Shown here one piece after another: positions 29,201 to 40,900 of a DNA stretch of 64,000 nucleotides. This DNA is from Eledone cirrhosa (Eukaryota). Location of the stretch: contig OZ024743.1 in the NCBI GenBank assembly GCA_964016885.1, positions 290,408,001 through 290,472,000 on the forward strand, given 5' to 3'. Within the stretch, counting starts at the first letter, position 1. The number at the start of each line of letters is the position of its first letter. The translations under genes and the position numbers were made by a program. The notes under the pieces are model-generated. The model was not told the DNA's origin. It saw only the letters and a list, made by a program, of their open reading frames with translations, and did not search any database.

Positions 29201-29736
29201 ACAGTTTTCAAGGAGTCTCAATTTTATATGAAAGGAGTTCCACATTTTTGTTCAATACCCGTAGCTAATTCGATGATTTAGTTACAAGTGTGTTCGAAAT
29301 ACCTTTTAAATATTTCAAACTACAAAACATGTAAAATGTTGGCTCTCGACATATAGCTTTGCTTTTGTGAAGTTCACCCCCGTCTTGTAGATATTTCCAC
29401 CAGCATTATGTAACTGGTTCTGAGAGTGTAGTAATTTGTTTCTGCTTGTCAGATTTCTGCGGAGGGTTTGGTTAGATTAACTGAGGGTATGTTAGTGTTT
29501 AACTTATTTATGTCAGATATTTCCTGTAACTGCAGGTAAAGGGATTGAAATTAATTTAAGAAAGCTATAAAATATTTTAATTCGATAGAAGCACATTGAA
29601 ATTGATAGACGACCTGGGGCAGATTATGTACTGCAAATTATTCAGAAAGTTATTACTTTTAAAAATATATTCATTTCCGGCACTTTCATTCAGTGTGGGA
29701 GAGTTGTATAGAGCGTTTATTATTTATTTGTTAGAA

Positions 29737-29925
29737 TTGGCGGATTGGCAGTATCGGTTAAGGGTCGGACGCCATGCTTTCCAGCATAGTTACGTCCCTT
29801 TACGATCTGAGTTCAAATCCCGCCCAGGTTGACTTTGCCTTTCATCCTTACGGGGTCGATAAAATAAAGTACCAGTATTGCACTGGGTAATTTGCTGGCC
29901 TTGTGCCTAAAGTAGAAACAATTAT
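29737..29925 (+). mobile_element. Full-length tRNA-derived SINE with 18-bp TSD
   Basis: A box TGGCAGTATCGG, B box GAGTTCAAATCC, central GCCTTTCATCCTTACGGGGTCGATAAA. TSD ATTATTTATTTGTTAGAA at 29719-29736 and 29921-29938. Confidence 0.92.
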
Positions 29926-30427
29926 TTATTTGTTAGAAGACAGGTTAGAGATTTTCTTGTTGAAAATTTAATATCACATTTTGAAGTCGAGAAGTAGTCA
30001 CCCGTAATGCATACTTATATTCATAAGATTTGCCTATGTTATTTTTATGTCGAGAATGTCATCCATTCTACTGGGTTACATGTTACCAGTAGCGCTGAAG
30101 GACGACCAAAATATATATATATATGATGATGATGATGATGGCTACTCTTCGATTTCGAAAACGCCATCGCTTGATACTGACGTGGCTTTTTAATCCTGGA
30201 AGGGATATGTGCACACAACACACAAAGACAAGAAAGACAGAACAAATGAGAAACACAAATTATGAAATCAGTCACTGAAGGGGGCACATAATGTGTGACG
30301 AAAGTGTTTTGACAATATATAAACAGCCATCCGATTATTGAATCAACGCACCGGAAATAAAATAATTAATTGAAGTGTGAAAACCAACAGGTACATTTGT
30401 TTTTATTGGCAGCACGACCCGCCAAAA

Positions 30428-30582
30428 GTATAATAATTGTTTCTACTTTTGACACAAGGCCAGCAATTATCCAGTACATTACTGGTACTTTATTTTATCG
30501 ACCCGGTAAGGATGAAAGGCAAAGTCAACCTCGGCGGGATTTGAACTCAGAATGGCAAGGGCCGTAACTCTATGCGTCAAAA
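30428..30582 (-). mobile_element. SINE copy, 5'-truncated
   Basis: Reverse complement matches 29780-29925. Confidence 0.88.
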
Positions 30583-31336
30583 GTATAATGATAATATATA
30601 TATATGGGTGTGGGTGTGTGTGTGCTCGTCTGTTGTATGTGTGTGTGAGTGTGTTTGTATGTGCAAATATGAAAGTGTTTAATAACCCAAAAGCTACACT
30701 TATGTGAAAGCGATTTTATTAAACTGAATAATGGCTTTAAATGTTGTATCCGCACATGTTGTTTCTGATTTTGTTTCGATGTTTTACAAACGACAGCCTT
30801 TGTACTGTGATGGTGTTACAGCTGGGTCTTTCGCAAATATATTTGGTGTTTGTTTATCAGATCGCTTTTAACTTCCCTTGACAAAAATGACATTTTGTTT
30901 ATATTTCAACACAACAAAAATCAACATAATCATTGAAAAATATCGATGAAGAAGGTTTGGAATTAGGCAGATAATTGCAGATCCTCTGCAAAACTATCAT
31001 AGTTATTACGCATTAAACATATCAACTGCAAAAATTAATTGAACTTGTTTTTAACTGGCCTTCAGATTGACATTTTACTGACAAGGTAATTTTCTCCTGA
31101 AATTGAAATCTTCCGAGGCGAACGTTTTTGTTTAGATAAAATTTGATGTTTCAATTTTTAGAAGGAAGCAAATTTAAACGTAGGACGAAATAAATAGCCA
31201 AAAGCACTCGAAGCAATAAAACGACTTTTATGGGAAGTACATAGATGCTCTCACTTATTCATACATGTGTTGAATAACATACGCATATAAAATATAGACA
31301 TAAACATAGGCATACGTAAGTAACTATACGTTTTTA

Positions 31337-31799
<463 letters not shown>

Positions 31800-32459
31800 T
31801 CACACACAGACTTTGATTCCATATAGATATTTTTATTTTCTATTACATATCTTGCAAAGGACAACTGTTCCCTTTGGCAAGTGTCGTATCGTAAATATTA
31901 TACTTCACGTTGGATGCTAGCAAGCCATAAGCCATCAGGTGTCGCATAATCACATATACGCACAATCAGACATGTAAATGCATAGTCTATAAAAAATAAT
32001 CAAATATCAAATATAGATGCATATTTGCTTTTTTTTTCATCCATTCTCTCTACTTTTTGTTCTTTGTCACCTTCATTACTATCGTGCTATACGAGGTTTC
32101 ACAGTTTTTCTCTCGCATCTCATGAAATTCTATTTACATGTAGCTTAATTGCTATAAACGAATGTTTTATCTCTCGTCTCTTATTCCATTGGGCAGCGTT
32201 TGGCTTGTGTCAGACGCTGTGAAGCCGGTTGAACTAGTAATAATATTGGTAGTGTTCGAAACTGCCTAGGTCCACCCCAACGGCCAATGACCATGGATGA
32301 ATTTATCCTTCGTTTTTTGTTTCATATTTTTTTACGGTTTCCCCTTTAAAAAAATGTCTGTCTTTCGTTGTCTTGTGTTCTCATTTTTAATAATCTTACG
32401 TTTATCAATACTAATATGAGGAACATGTTATCTCCTCTCTTCCAATGTATTGCAATGGC

Positions 32460-32539
<80 letters not shown>

Positions 32540-32542
<3 letters not shown>

Positions 32543-33205
32543 TAACTTAATTTAGTTATTATTGCACCGACGTGAGGTATATTATATTTAATGCAATGAA
32601 ATACCTATGATCGTCGGCAAATCACTGATGAAGGACTTATTTTATTACATGTTATCCATGTGCTACCAGCAGTATTTTTCTCCCCATTTTATCACATATA
32701 TTTACCTAAACTGCGATTCTGTTTTTTTCTCTCTCTCTCTCTCTTACTGCTCCCTCATTCTCTCTGTTTCTCCTACTTTCTTTCGCCCCCTCTGTCATGT
32801 CAGTTAACTCTTCCTCACACTTACACTCACTCACTCACTGTTTCTCCTCTCCTCACTTCACCCCGTTCGCGACGAAAGCAATTTCTCTCTTTCTCACATT
32901 GCATTCTTTCGTGAAAGGTCTTTTTTCTAAGCGCTCATATATTCACCTATCTTATGCTAACAGAATAACTATGAAGCTTATTTCCTTCCTTCTACGGTTA
33001 GCTCTACTCTTTGTTGTTATCCTGTCTCACTCGCTTTACGCGTTTTAATTGTCCTAATAACTTAATTCAGTTATTATTGCACCGACGTGAGGTATATGAT
33101 TTTTAATGCAATGAAATATCTATGATCGTCGGCAAATCACTGATGAGGGACTTATTTTATTACATGTTATCCATGTGCTACCAGCAGTATTTTTCTCCCC
33201 ATTTT

Positions 33206-33215
<10 letters not shown>
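32540..33215 (+). repeat. ~160 bp direct repeat pair (pLTR-like) flanked by (TA)n
   Basis: 32540-32700 is about equal to 33055-33215. Each copy has a CCGACG/CGTCGG hairpin and CACTGATGA(A/G)GGAC. Confidence 0.85.
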
Positions 33216-33244
<29 letters not shown>

Positions 33245-33247
<3 letters not shown>

Positions 33248-34992
33248 TAACAGATTAAAGTTTAAGCAAAAGAATCGCTGCTTTCATCCATAACGGGATC
33301 TTCTGAAACTAAAAAAATCAATCTGTGGACGCAGAAGTAAATATTTCGAAAAAAGTTGCAACCGAAGGAAGACAGGAAGACGATACTTTGGTTGGTGGAA
33401 ACGTTCCCTGGCAAAGAACGGAAAAAAACGAATATAATACGTCATTATTTGGAGCGGTGAAAACAATTACACGCAAAGACAAAACCACGTTTATGGTATA
33501 AATGAAGTCGTAGACTAATATTCTATTAGGTGGTTCGTGGAGACGTTCTCTGGCAAGCGCGTCTCCCTTGCCGTCCTTCGGGGAAACGCTTTCTCCATTC
33601 TGTCCGCCGGGCTGTTGGTGTGCCGCATCGCGTACCGTTGTAGTTGTATACAGATATTAACTCATCAATCCCATTGTCCTAATCCGTAATTATTATGAAT
33701 ATATACGTCATTATGTGGAGCGTGGAGAACAATTACACGCAAATACAAAACCACGTTTATGGTATAACTGAAGTTGTAGATTAAAATACTATTTAGGAAT
33801 CCCAATGATTCTCGGCTTCAGAGTTAAGAATAATGTAAATAAATTACAGAGGTAATGGAATCAACAAAAATTAAATATATACATGCACGCATCCATATAC
33901 ACATGCATACGTGAAATCACCCGCCATGGGTATGCAAATACAAGCACGTACACAAAAAAACACGCACGCACATACATAACCCATGCAACTCCTATACCCG
34001 CACACATACAAACGTATACACCAAATACACATAAGAATATTTATAAAAATATATATATATGTGTGTGTGTGTGTTCGTGTATACATATAATAATATAGAC
34101 GTATATAAATATACATAAATATAACGCGCGCACACACATACCTACATGTAAATACACATATGCACACTAAACAGACGTCAACCAAAACACAAAGTACACA
34201 TATACACATAACCATATGCACATGTACCAGTATATATAATATAATATATACGCCTATAACATATACAAGCAAATATACGTACGAGAAAGTATACGTACCT
34301 TCACAAAGCATACAGGTAATAAATACTTAATAAATACTATACAAATAAGTAATGGTATAAACATAACATATATTTAGCTGCCACATCGAGACGTAAAATA
34401 TCCGCGTATAGTTCGTACTAAACGTTAGGGTATAATGTGGAGCTGTAATGCAGTAAAGTTTTGTGCAATTTATGTTTACAAGCCGAAATTGCCTCACATT
34501 TTTTATTTAAGATGTGGTGTTTGGCGTAGAGTATTTCCAGGGTTTCAGCGGCGCAGAGGTAATATGTTTTTTTATTTCCGTTATACGATCTAGCCCTGTC
34601 TAGGATCTCCCAGTGTAAATTATATTGGGTGTGGTTGTCTTTTACACTCCAGATATCAGCTGAAAGTGACGTCATATTCCTTCTCAAAGGGTTAAGAAAA
34701 GAATGGGTATGCAAGTAAAGACGCTGCTTCAATCTATTGGCGGTTAACCCTATGTAGGCCCTACAGGGCGTGGGTGTTTCAACCTTACATTTGTAGACAA
34801 TGTTACTAGAGAGGCATTTGCGGGTAGGGGGCAGTCAACCCGATTCCTTCAATTACAGTTAGTACTGGCTACAGTGTTGCACGTGTCCCTACGGCTAGGT
34901 AATTTAGCTAAATTTGAAGCTGAGATGTTATGTGCGAGGTTAGGAGTCGTAGTCTAAGAAATTTTAATGGTATTTCTATTAACAATTTTATT
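33245..34992 (-). mobile_element. Penelope-like (Naiad-like) element remnant: linker, GIY-YIG and 3' region
   Basis: Translates as NRNTIKIS*TTTPNL...CN*RNRVDCPL..KCLSSNIVYKCKV...YIGLTANRLKQR...WEILDRA...LC..E..IL...LNK. Decayed hammerhead at 33259-33310. Confidence 0.85.
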
Positions 34993-35117
34993 ATATTTTA
35001 CTATATTTACTATATTTACTGCTTCATAAAAAGGGAGAGAAAGATCTTAGCTAATGGTGTGGCTACCTCCATATTATATGGTGGGTTATACCATATATAC
35101 AGGCCATTGCAATATAG

Positions 35118-35482
35118 TGAAGGAGCATGGCTTACTCGGTTAGAGCATTGGGCTTGCAATCGAAAGGTTGTGAGTTCAATTCTCGGACCGGATGATGTGT
35201 TGTTTCCTTGAGCAAGACACTTTATTTCACGTTACTCCAGTTTACTCAGCTGTAGAAACGAGATGATAGGACTGGGGTCCCTATCATTAAATCACCCAAC
35301 ACACCTCTAACGAGATATACCTTGAAGGAGGCCAGCTAACATAGTCGGGCCGTGGTCGACTAAACTGGCAACCCCATAAAGTTTACTCGGTGAGGAGGGT
35401 GATTTTGGTCACCCTGCAGGACAAGAAACAAAACCGGACAAAGGGCGGAAGAACTCATAAGATTCAACGGCCATCTAAAATT
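35118..35482 (+). mobile_element. tRNA-derived CORE-like SINE followed by an RTE 5'-UTR-like segment
   Basis: A box TGGCTTACTCGG, B box GAGTTCAATTC, CORE-like TTGAGCAAGACACTTTATTTCAC. Segment 35340-35482 resembles the reverse complement of 54820-54940. Confidence 0.72.
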
Positions 35483-35534
35483 GTGTAAATATGTATATAC
35501 ACATGTACATATGTATGTGCATATATATGCGTGT

Positions 35535-36255
35535 GTATTTGCCTGGGGTGTCAGGGAGGGGCATGTACCTCTGTAGGGAGGTCTAGCCATGCCCTTTTCA
35601 GGACAGCTCGTCCTGCATTGGGTCCCACCTGACAATCAACTCTCACCTGTGGCCCCAAGATGATGTAGCATGTGACAGCAGCCACACCCCGGTAAACCTC
35701 CTTGGCTGGCGGGCCGAACCTATTTGAGGGTAGCCGGGCGGGTCTGAAACACTCCAGTGAGTTAGATAGGGGATGCCTGCCCCTGCATGCGAAGACTGGA
35801 CCCGGCGGAGTGAGTGGAGGTGGACAACATTGTTACAACGCTCACAAAGGCGGCGACAGCAAGCGGTGTGGATCGCTGGGGCAGGGCAAGGCACTACAGA
35901 CGTCGTGGCCATCCACTGCAGCCAAGGAAGTCCCTGGTTGTGACCGTCCTCTGTACCACCTGATCTGGCTTCTGCGGCCGAGTGAGTGGGACAGTCACTG
36001 TGCACTGGCCCTCCCACTATAAACCTTTCCCGCACAGGTTTCTTCCTTAGCGTGCACTCCCAATGCCCTGCGGCGATGGGCGTGAGGTGGAGGTAACCTC
36101 TGCGAGTTGGTGGTCTGACTCCGGTCTCTTTCCCTACCTCCACTGTCCCCGGACCTGCAAGTCAAGGATCGGCCTCCACAGCCACCTTTGTGCCCACGGC
36201 AGACGGGAACAACAATAACGAAGATGTCATCATCGTTTACAATGGGCAACCAAGA
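35535..36255 (+). mobile_element. Non-autonomous RTE derivative (5' UTR fused to the extreme 3' end)
   Basis: GC-rich leader resembling RTE 5' UTRs as I recall them, joined to HCPRTCKSRIGLHSHLCAH* (36129-36218), the C2H2-type C-terminus typical of RTE ORFs, then a short tail ending at (TA)n. Confidence 0.7.
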
Positions 36256-36780
36256 TATATATATATATAAATATATATATATATAAGAGAGTATTGAAGT
36301 TTGCTTGAAGCATTGTGGAACAAGAAGTAAATATCTTTAAGTCGTTTGGAAGCCACGACAATGCAAATGGGTAAATCTCCGGGTAACAAGGTCCGGTGGT
36401 GGAGAGAGAGATGTAAGTGGGTGTACGTTGAGATGCGTGGTGTGTTTAACATGTGTGAGATGTGTAGAATGAAGGGAAGAGTATAAAGGATAAAAATAAA
36501 AATAAAAATAAAAATAACAACACAAGAGAGAGTTACCTTGGTAGAGATTTAATAGTCCCTATATATTTCGGATTCACATCCATCAACTGGGGTTTTTTTC
36601 CGGGGTGGGGGAAAAGGTTGTCTGTCGGACAACTCGGAACGCGTCTTTCGCTGTTTGTTGATTTGAATATCTGAGGTATTCGGCCGAGCGCGCGTGCGCG
36701 TGAAATGGGGTCGGTCGTACAGAGATCAGCGGCCGAATGAGGGAGTGGGATGGCGCTAGGTGTCAGTCCATTCTCTGCCT

Positions 36781-36834
<54 letters not shown>

Positions 36835-37047
36835 TATCGGATGAGGCAAATTGCAATACTCCGACCAAATCCCAAATTACTCAACAAACATTAGGAAATA
36901 AGTAAGTATATTCATAATTAAACGTTCGGGGTGCTAACTAAATGTATATATATATATAAGTTAAGTTATTCCAGGTTGAATCGGAGGAAACCAGAGTAAG
37001 TAACGTACTCAATACATAGCAGAGTATAAAAGTTTTAATATAGATGA

Positions 37048-37096
37048 GATTCTACAGGACTAGAACTGTTTCATTCTTTAGAAATCATCAGGAATC
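37048..37096 (-). ncRNA. Type I hammerhead ribozyme motif
   Basis: gattc CTGATGA tttctaaagaat GAAA cag ttctagtc ctg TA gaatc. Confidence 0.78.
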
Positions 37097-37573
37097 TGGC
37101 TTTCCAAAATAAATGTTGTGGTATTTATATATTTTCAGGTGGTAGGATAGGGTAGGGAGTGGGATGGGTGGAGGTCATTGGTTGAAAGCAAAGGGAATTC
37201 ATTAAAATCTAATTCTTTAAGGCTATAATTTATATTTGGAGTGACAAAGGCAGAAATAATTCTATAAACAAGTTCAGAATGGGGTGCCACTCCTTATTTT
37301 TAAGTTTCTCTAAAGCTAACAATGCCTATATTTCAAGTGTCTATAAGATGGTTGGGGGTCGGTCATGGTTGATGGATTTAAAGAAAAGGAAAATTCTTTA
37401 AAAGCTAATTCTTTAAAGCTCTACTTAGAGTGACAAAGGCTAAGAGAATTCTATAAAGCAGTTCAAATATTGGGTGCCTATCATATCATTATTATCATGT
37501 TTCTCTTAAGCTATATTCCAGGTGTCAACAGACACATTCACATACATACGCACACACACACACACACACAGAG

Positions 37574-38178
37574 TAGTGACAGTCTCACTTACTTTAAATT
37601 TTCAGCAAACAGGGGTGATAAAGCTGACAGATCTCTGTTTCGTACTTTTTGGTACTTATCAAACTTAAGTACTCCAACTGTTTGCTGAAAATCATGAATG
37701 TTTGATTCTTATAGAATTCTAGTAATAATCGGGAACAGATTATACAGAGCGGTTGCCGGTCAAGCAGAAATTGAAAATTAGAATTGGTGCTCTGAAATAG
37801 CGATATATATATGAATGCATATATAGTGTAATTTGCAATAAACTGTATGCTTATTTAAAAGTATTTCGAAGACCTTACGCTATTGCTTTAGATTAGTGAC
37901 AGTCTCACTTACTTTAAATTTTCAACAAACAGGTGCGATAAAGATGACAGAGCTCTGTTTCGTACTTTTTGGTACTTGTCAAAGCTAAGTACTCAACTTG
38001 TTAGCTGAAAATCATGAATATTTGATTCTTGTACAATTCTAGTAATAATCAGGAACTGATTATACAGAGCGGTTGCCGGTCACGCAGAAATTGAAAATTA
38101 GAATTCGTGCTCAGAAATAGCGATATATATATGAATGTATGTATAGTGTATTTTGCAATACACTGTATGCTTAATTAT
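37574..38178 (+). repeat. 320-bp tandem duplication (two units)
   Basis: TAGTGACAGTCTCACTTACTTTAAATTTTCA starts at 37574 and 37894, with similarity throughout. Confidence 0.93.
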
Positions 38179-38230
38179 AAGAATCAAACATTCATGATTT
38201 TCAGCAAACAGGAGGAGTACTTAGCTTTGA

Positions 38231-38306
<76 letters not shown>

Positions 38307-38479
38307 TTAGGTATCGAGAGAGAGAAGAAAATGGAAAGATGGGCGATACATATATTTAATTGCCAATAGTTTATGCACATGTGCTCAATACTCGTGCCAA
38401 CAGGGTTAAATATTAGAGACGTCAATATTTAGTGGCCGAGAAAAAATAAGCAGAGCGATTATAAAGGAAATGAATACAA

Positions 38480-39716
38480 AATGTTTAAAACCGTTAAAAC
38501 ATGTTTATAAAATAGCGCACCTACGTACGTCTCGCCCTGAGTTCTCTTATCAAAGGCATGGAAAGCAAAATAATCATCAGTATAGGACTCAGGAGGGAAT
38601 TCACGGTTAAATTAACATCATCATTCATTTTTGCCCTCCGTGCTTGTGTTTTTATTATCACAGAGCAGGGGGAGTAACTCTTGCCTGTGTTCAAACAATC
38701 AGTGCCATGTGGATGTTTATGCCTGTTCATATGCTGGTGTTTAGCATCTTTATATTATGTGTGTTGTTTCACTAGTGCCAGTACAGGTCGGGTCTGGGGT
38801 GTCCATTTATTATTTAGTGGATGTTGCTTCACTAATGTTTGTTCGCGTATGGTCTGCGGTGTACACAGATGTTTGTTCATACTGCCTGCCCACCGGGGTG
38901 TAATGGTTCGGGCAGGGGGAACCCAGTTCGTAGTTTTCATGTCACAGTCGCCTCCCAGGCAAAATACGACGCCTGTACCCGGTGTTTACAATTAATAACT
39001 GATTCTGCTCGGCTGTTTATGAGCTCGTGGGGTGTTCTTATGATCTATTACAGCTCCATGAGGCAGAGCTGGCATTTCCCCCTGAAGTTGTAGGGTGCAG
39101 CCTTACTGACAATATCCCAGTGTGTGGAGAAGATTAAGTTGGCGTCTTGCAATGTGGTAACGTAGTTGGCTAGCGATGTAGAGTGCCTGAATTTTTTGTT
39201 CCTGAAAGAGTAGAGATGCGTTCTAAATCTAGTTTTAAACTGGCCAGAGGTAGCTCCTATATAGTGTTTAACTCCGCTATGGCTAGTTTCGATGCGCCTA
39301 TAAATAACCATATCAGTCAGGCAGTATCTATGTTGTTATCTATGTCTCTAGCTCTGTCATTGGTACTGTTATCTCTCAAGGCGTGCGGTGTTGCACGATT
39401 ATTATTCCGCACGCCGCAGCCCGTTTTGCTGCCGGTGGGTGACGCGTTTGGGTCGCCAGTATATTTTCCAATCACGCCCTGGTTACGTGGGTTTCGTCTG
39501 CCGGGGAGGCCATCCACCCTATTTGGTGCTGTTAGGAGGATGTTAAGGTTATTAGTGTTGTTGTCAGGTCTAGATGTATCTGTGCTAAGGTGTAGTGTTT
39601 TGTTAATCTATGATGTCAGCTAGATTGGGAGTGGTAGAGAAGGATAATTTTATAGTGTTCCTGTTAAGTATTTTTCTGTATTTATGATTAGGTGGGAAAT
39701 TTCTCTCCAAGGCTTC
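38480..39716 (-). mobile_element. Penelope-like (Naiad-like) GIY-YIG remnant with 3' region
   Basis: NFPPNHKYRKILNRNTIKLSFSTTPNL (39603..39715). CLTDMVIY...HYIGATSGQFKTRFRTH..SF...WDIV..A.PY...CQLCLME (39048..39325). Decayed hammerhead at ~38518-38557. Confidence 0.88.
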
Positions 39717-40150
39717 CATGTGTATGTGAATGTGTCTGTTGATACCTGGAATATAGCTTAAGAGAAACATGACAATAATGATATGACAGGCACCCAATAT
39801 TTTGAACTGGTTCATAGAATTCTCTTGACCTTTGTGACTCTACGTAGAGCTTTAAAGAATTAGCTTTTAAAGTATTTCCCTTTTCTTAAAATCCATCAAC
39901 CATGACCGACCTCCAACCATCTTATAGACACCTGAAATATAGGCATTGTTAGCTTAAGAGTAACTTAAAAGTAAGGAGTGGCATCCCAATCTGAACTTGT
40001 TTATAGAATACTTTCTGCCTTTGTCACTCTAAATATAAATTATAGCCTTAAAGAATTGCTTTCAACCAATGATTTCCACCCATCCCACTCCCCACCCTAT
40101 CCTACCACCTGAACATATATAAATACCACAACATTTATTTTGGAAAGCCA

Positions 40151-40199
40151 GATTCCTGATGATTTCTAAAGAATGAAACAGTTCTAGTCCTGTAGAATC
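40151..40199 (+). ncRNA. Type I hammerhead ribozyme motif, identical to 37048-37096
   Basis: gattc CTGATGA tttctaaagaat GAAA cag ttctagtc ctg TA gaatc. Confidence 0.78.
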
Positions 40200-40744
40200 T
40201 CATCTATATATATATATATATACCCATTGCAATATATATATTTATATATATATATATATATAGTTTTCTCTCAAATCTGACTGAATAGATAAACTACCAT
40301 GATCAACTAAATTGCTGAATATTTAATGTATAACAGAATTTAATTAAAGCCTCTCTGATTGATTACAACATTAAATCTATTCGAATCCTCGATTTTCCTT
40401 GGCATGCCCTCTCTTAATTCATGTTTATATATAATGAATCTGCATATATTTTCTCGTACTAATCGAAACTGTAATCATATTAGAGCTACACTCTCCATTA
40501 TTCTGCTCCCCGCGTTGTTATCCATACTACAAATTAAATCTAACCAGATTCCACTATTTGTAAATAATATTTTAAACAAATTATATTGTATTTTGAAATC
40601 TATAATTATAATTTGAACTTCATTTCTGGGTATCATGGTGTAGGTGAATATGTGTTGCTGATGTATAGCTATTCCGAAATACACGGATAATGCTCTTTAC
40701 ACCAATATTTGGTCAGTTAAAATATGTATGTTTATTATAAATAT

Positions 40745-40900
40745 ACTCGCCTTTACGTTCAGATTCCAAATTTGTTGCCTTTCATTATTATGGCTACGGT
40801 AAATTATAGTACCAGTCACGTACTGAGGTCGATTAAACAAACCCCCACCCTAATAATGAAAATAAAATTGTTGGCCTTGTGTCTAAATCAGAAACCAATA
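40745..40900 (+). mobile_element. Old degenerate SINE copy
   Basis: CTTTACGTTC, GCCTTTCAT, AGTACCAG and GGCCTTGTGTCTAAATCAGAAACC in the expected order. Confidence 0.65.

Larger units (their letters stand above)
37040..40207. repeat. ~500 bp inverted repeat (37040-37548 and 39718-40207), Penelope pLTR-like
   Basis: The arms are reverse complements with scattered substitutions and a ~20 bp indel. Each carries a hammerhead at its outer end. Confidence 0.92.

Noticed and set aside
29170-29545. Possible host exon (TTTTTTACAG acceptor, CAG|GTAAAG donor); also an acceptor-like tract at ~48300-48340
   Set aside because: No recognisable reading frame or homology, and such signals are common by chance. 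RNA-seq would be needed.
29737-29830. tRNA-like A and B boxes (also 35118, 42147, 43110, 49850)
   Set aside because: These are SINE heads followed by SINE body and tail, with no complete cloverleaf.
32563-32620. SECIS-like hairpin (GTGA...ATGAT within a CCGACG/CGTCGG stem)
   Set aside because: The tandem GA quartet is out of register by extra bases and no linked UGA-containing ORF lies on that strand.
35555-35690. HDV-like ribozyme in the RTE leader
   Set aside because: A P1-like stem exists, but I could not assign P1.1, P3 or the catalytic J4/2 strand.
35643-36143. 166-aa and 106-aa ORFs in the GC-rich island
   Set aside because: No recognisable domain. Open frames are expected by chance in a GC-rich UTR.
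38690-38745. SECIS candidate ATGA...AAA...TGAT downstream of the GIY-YIG remnant (minus)
   Set aside because: Helix II does not pair.
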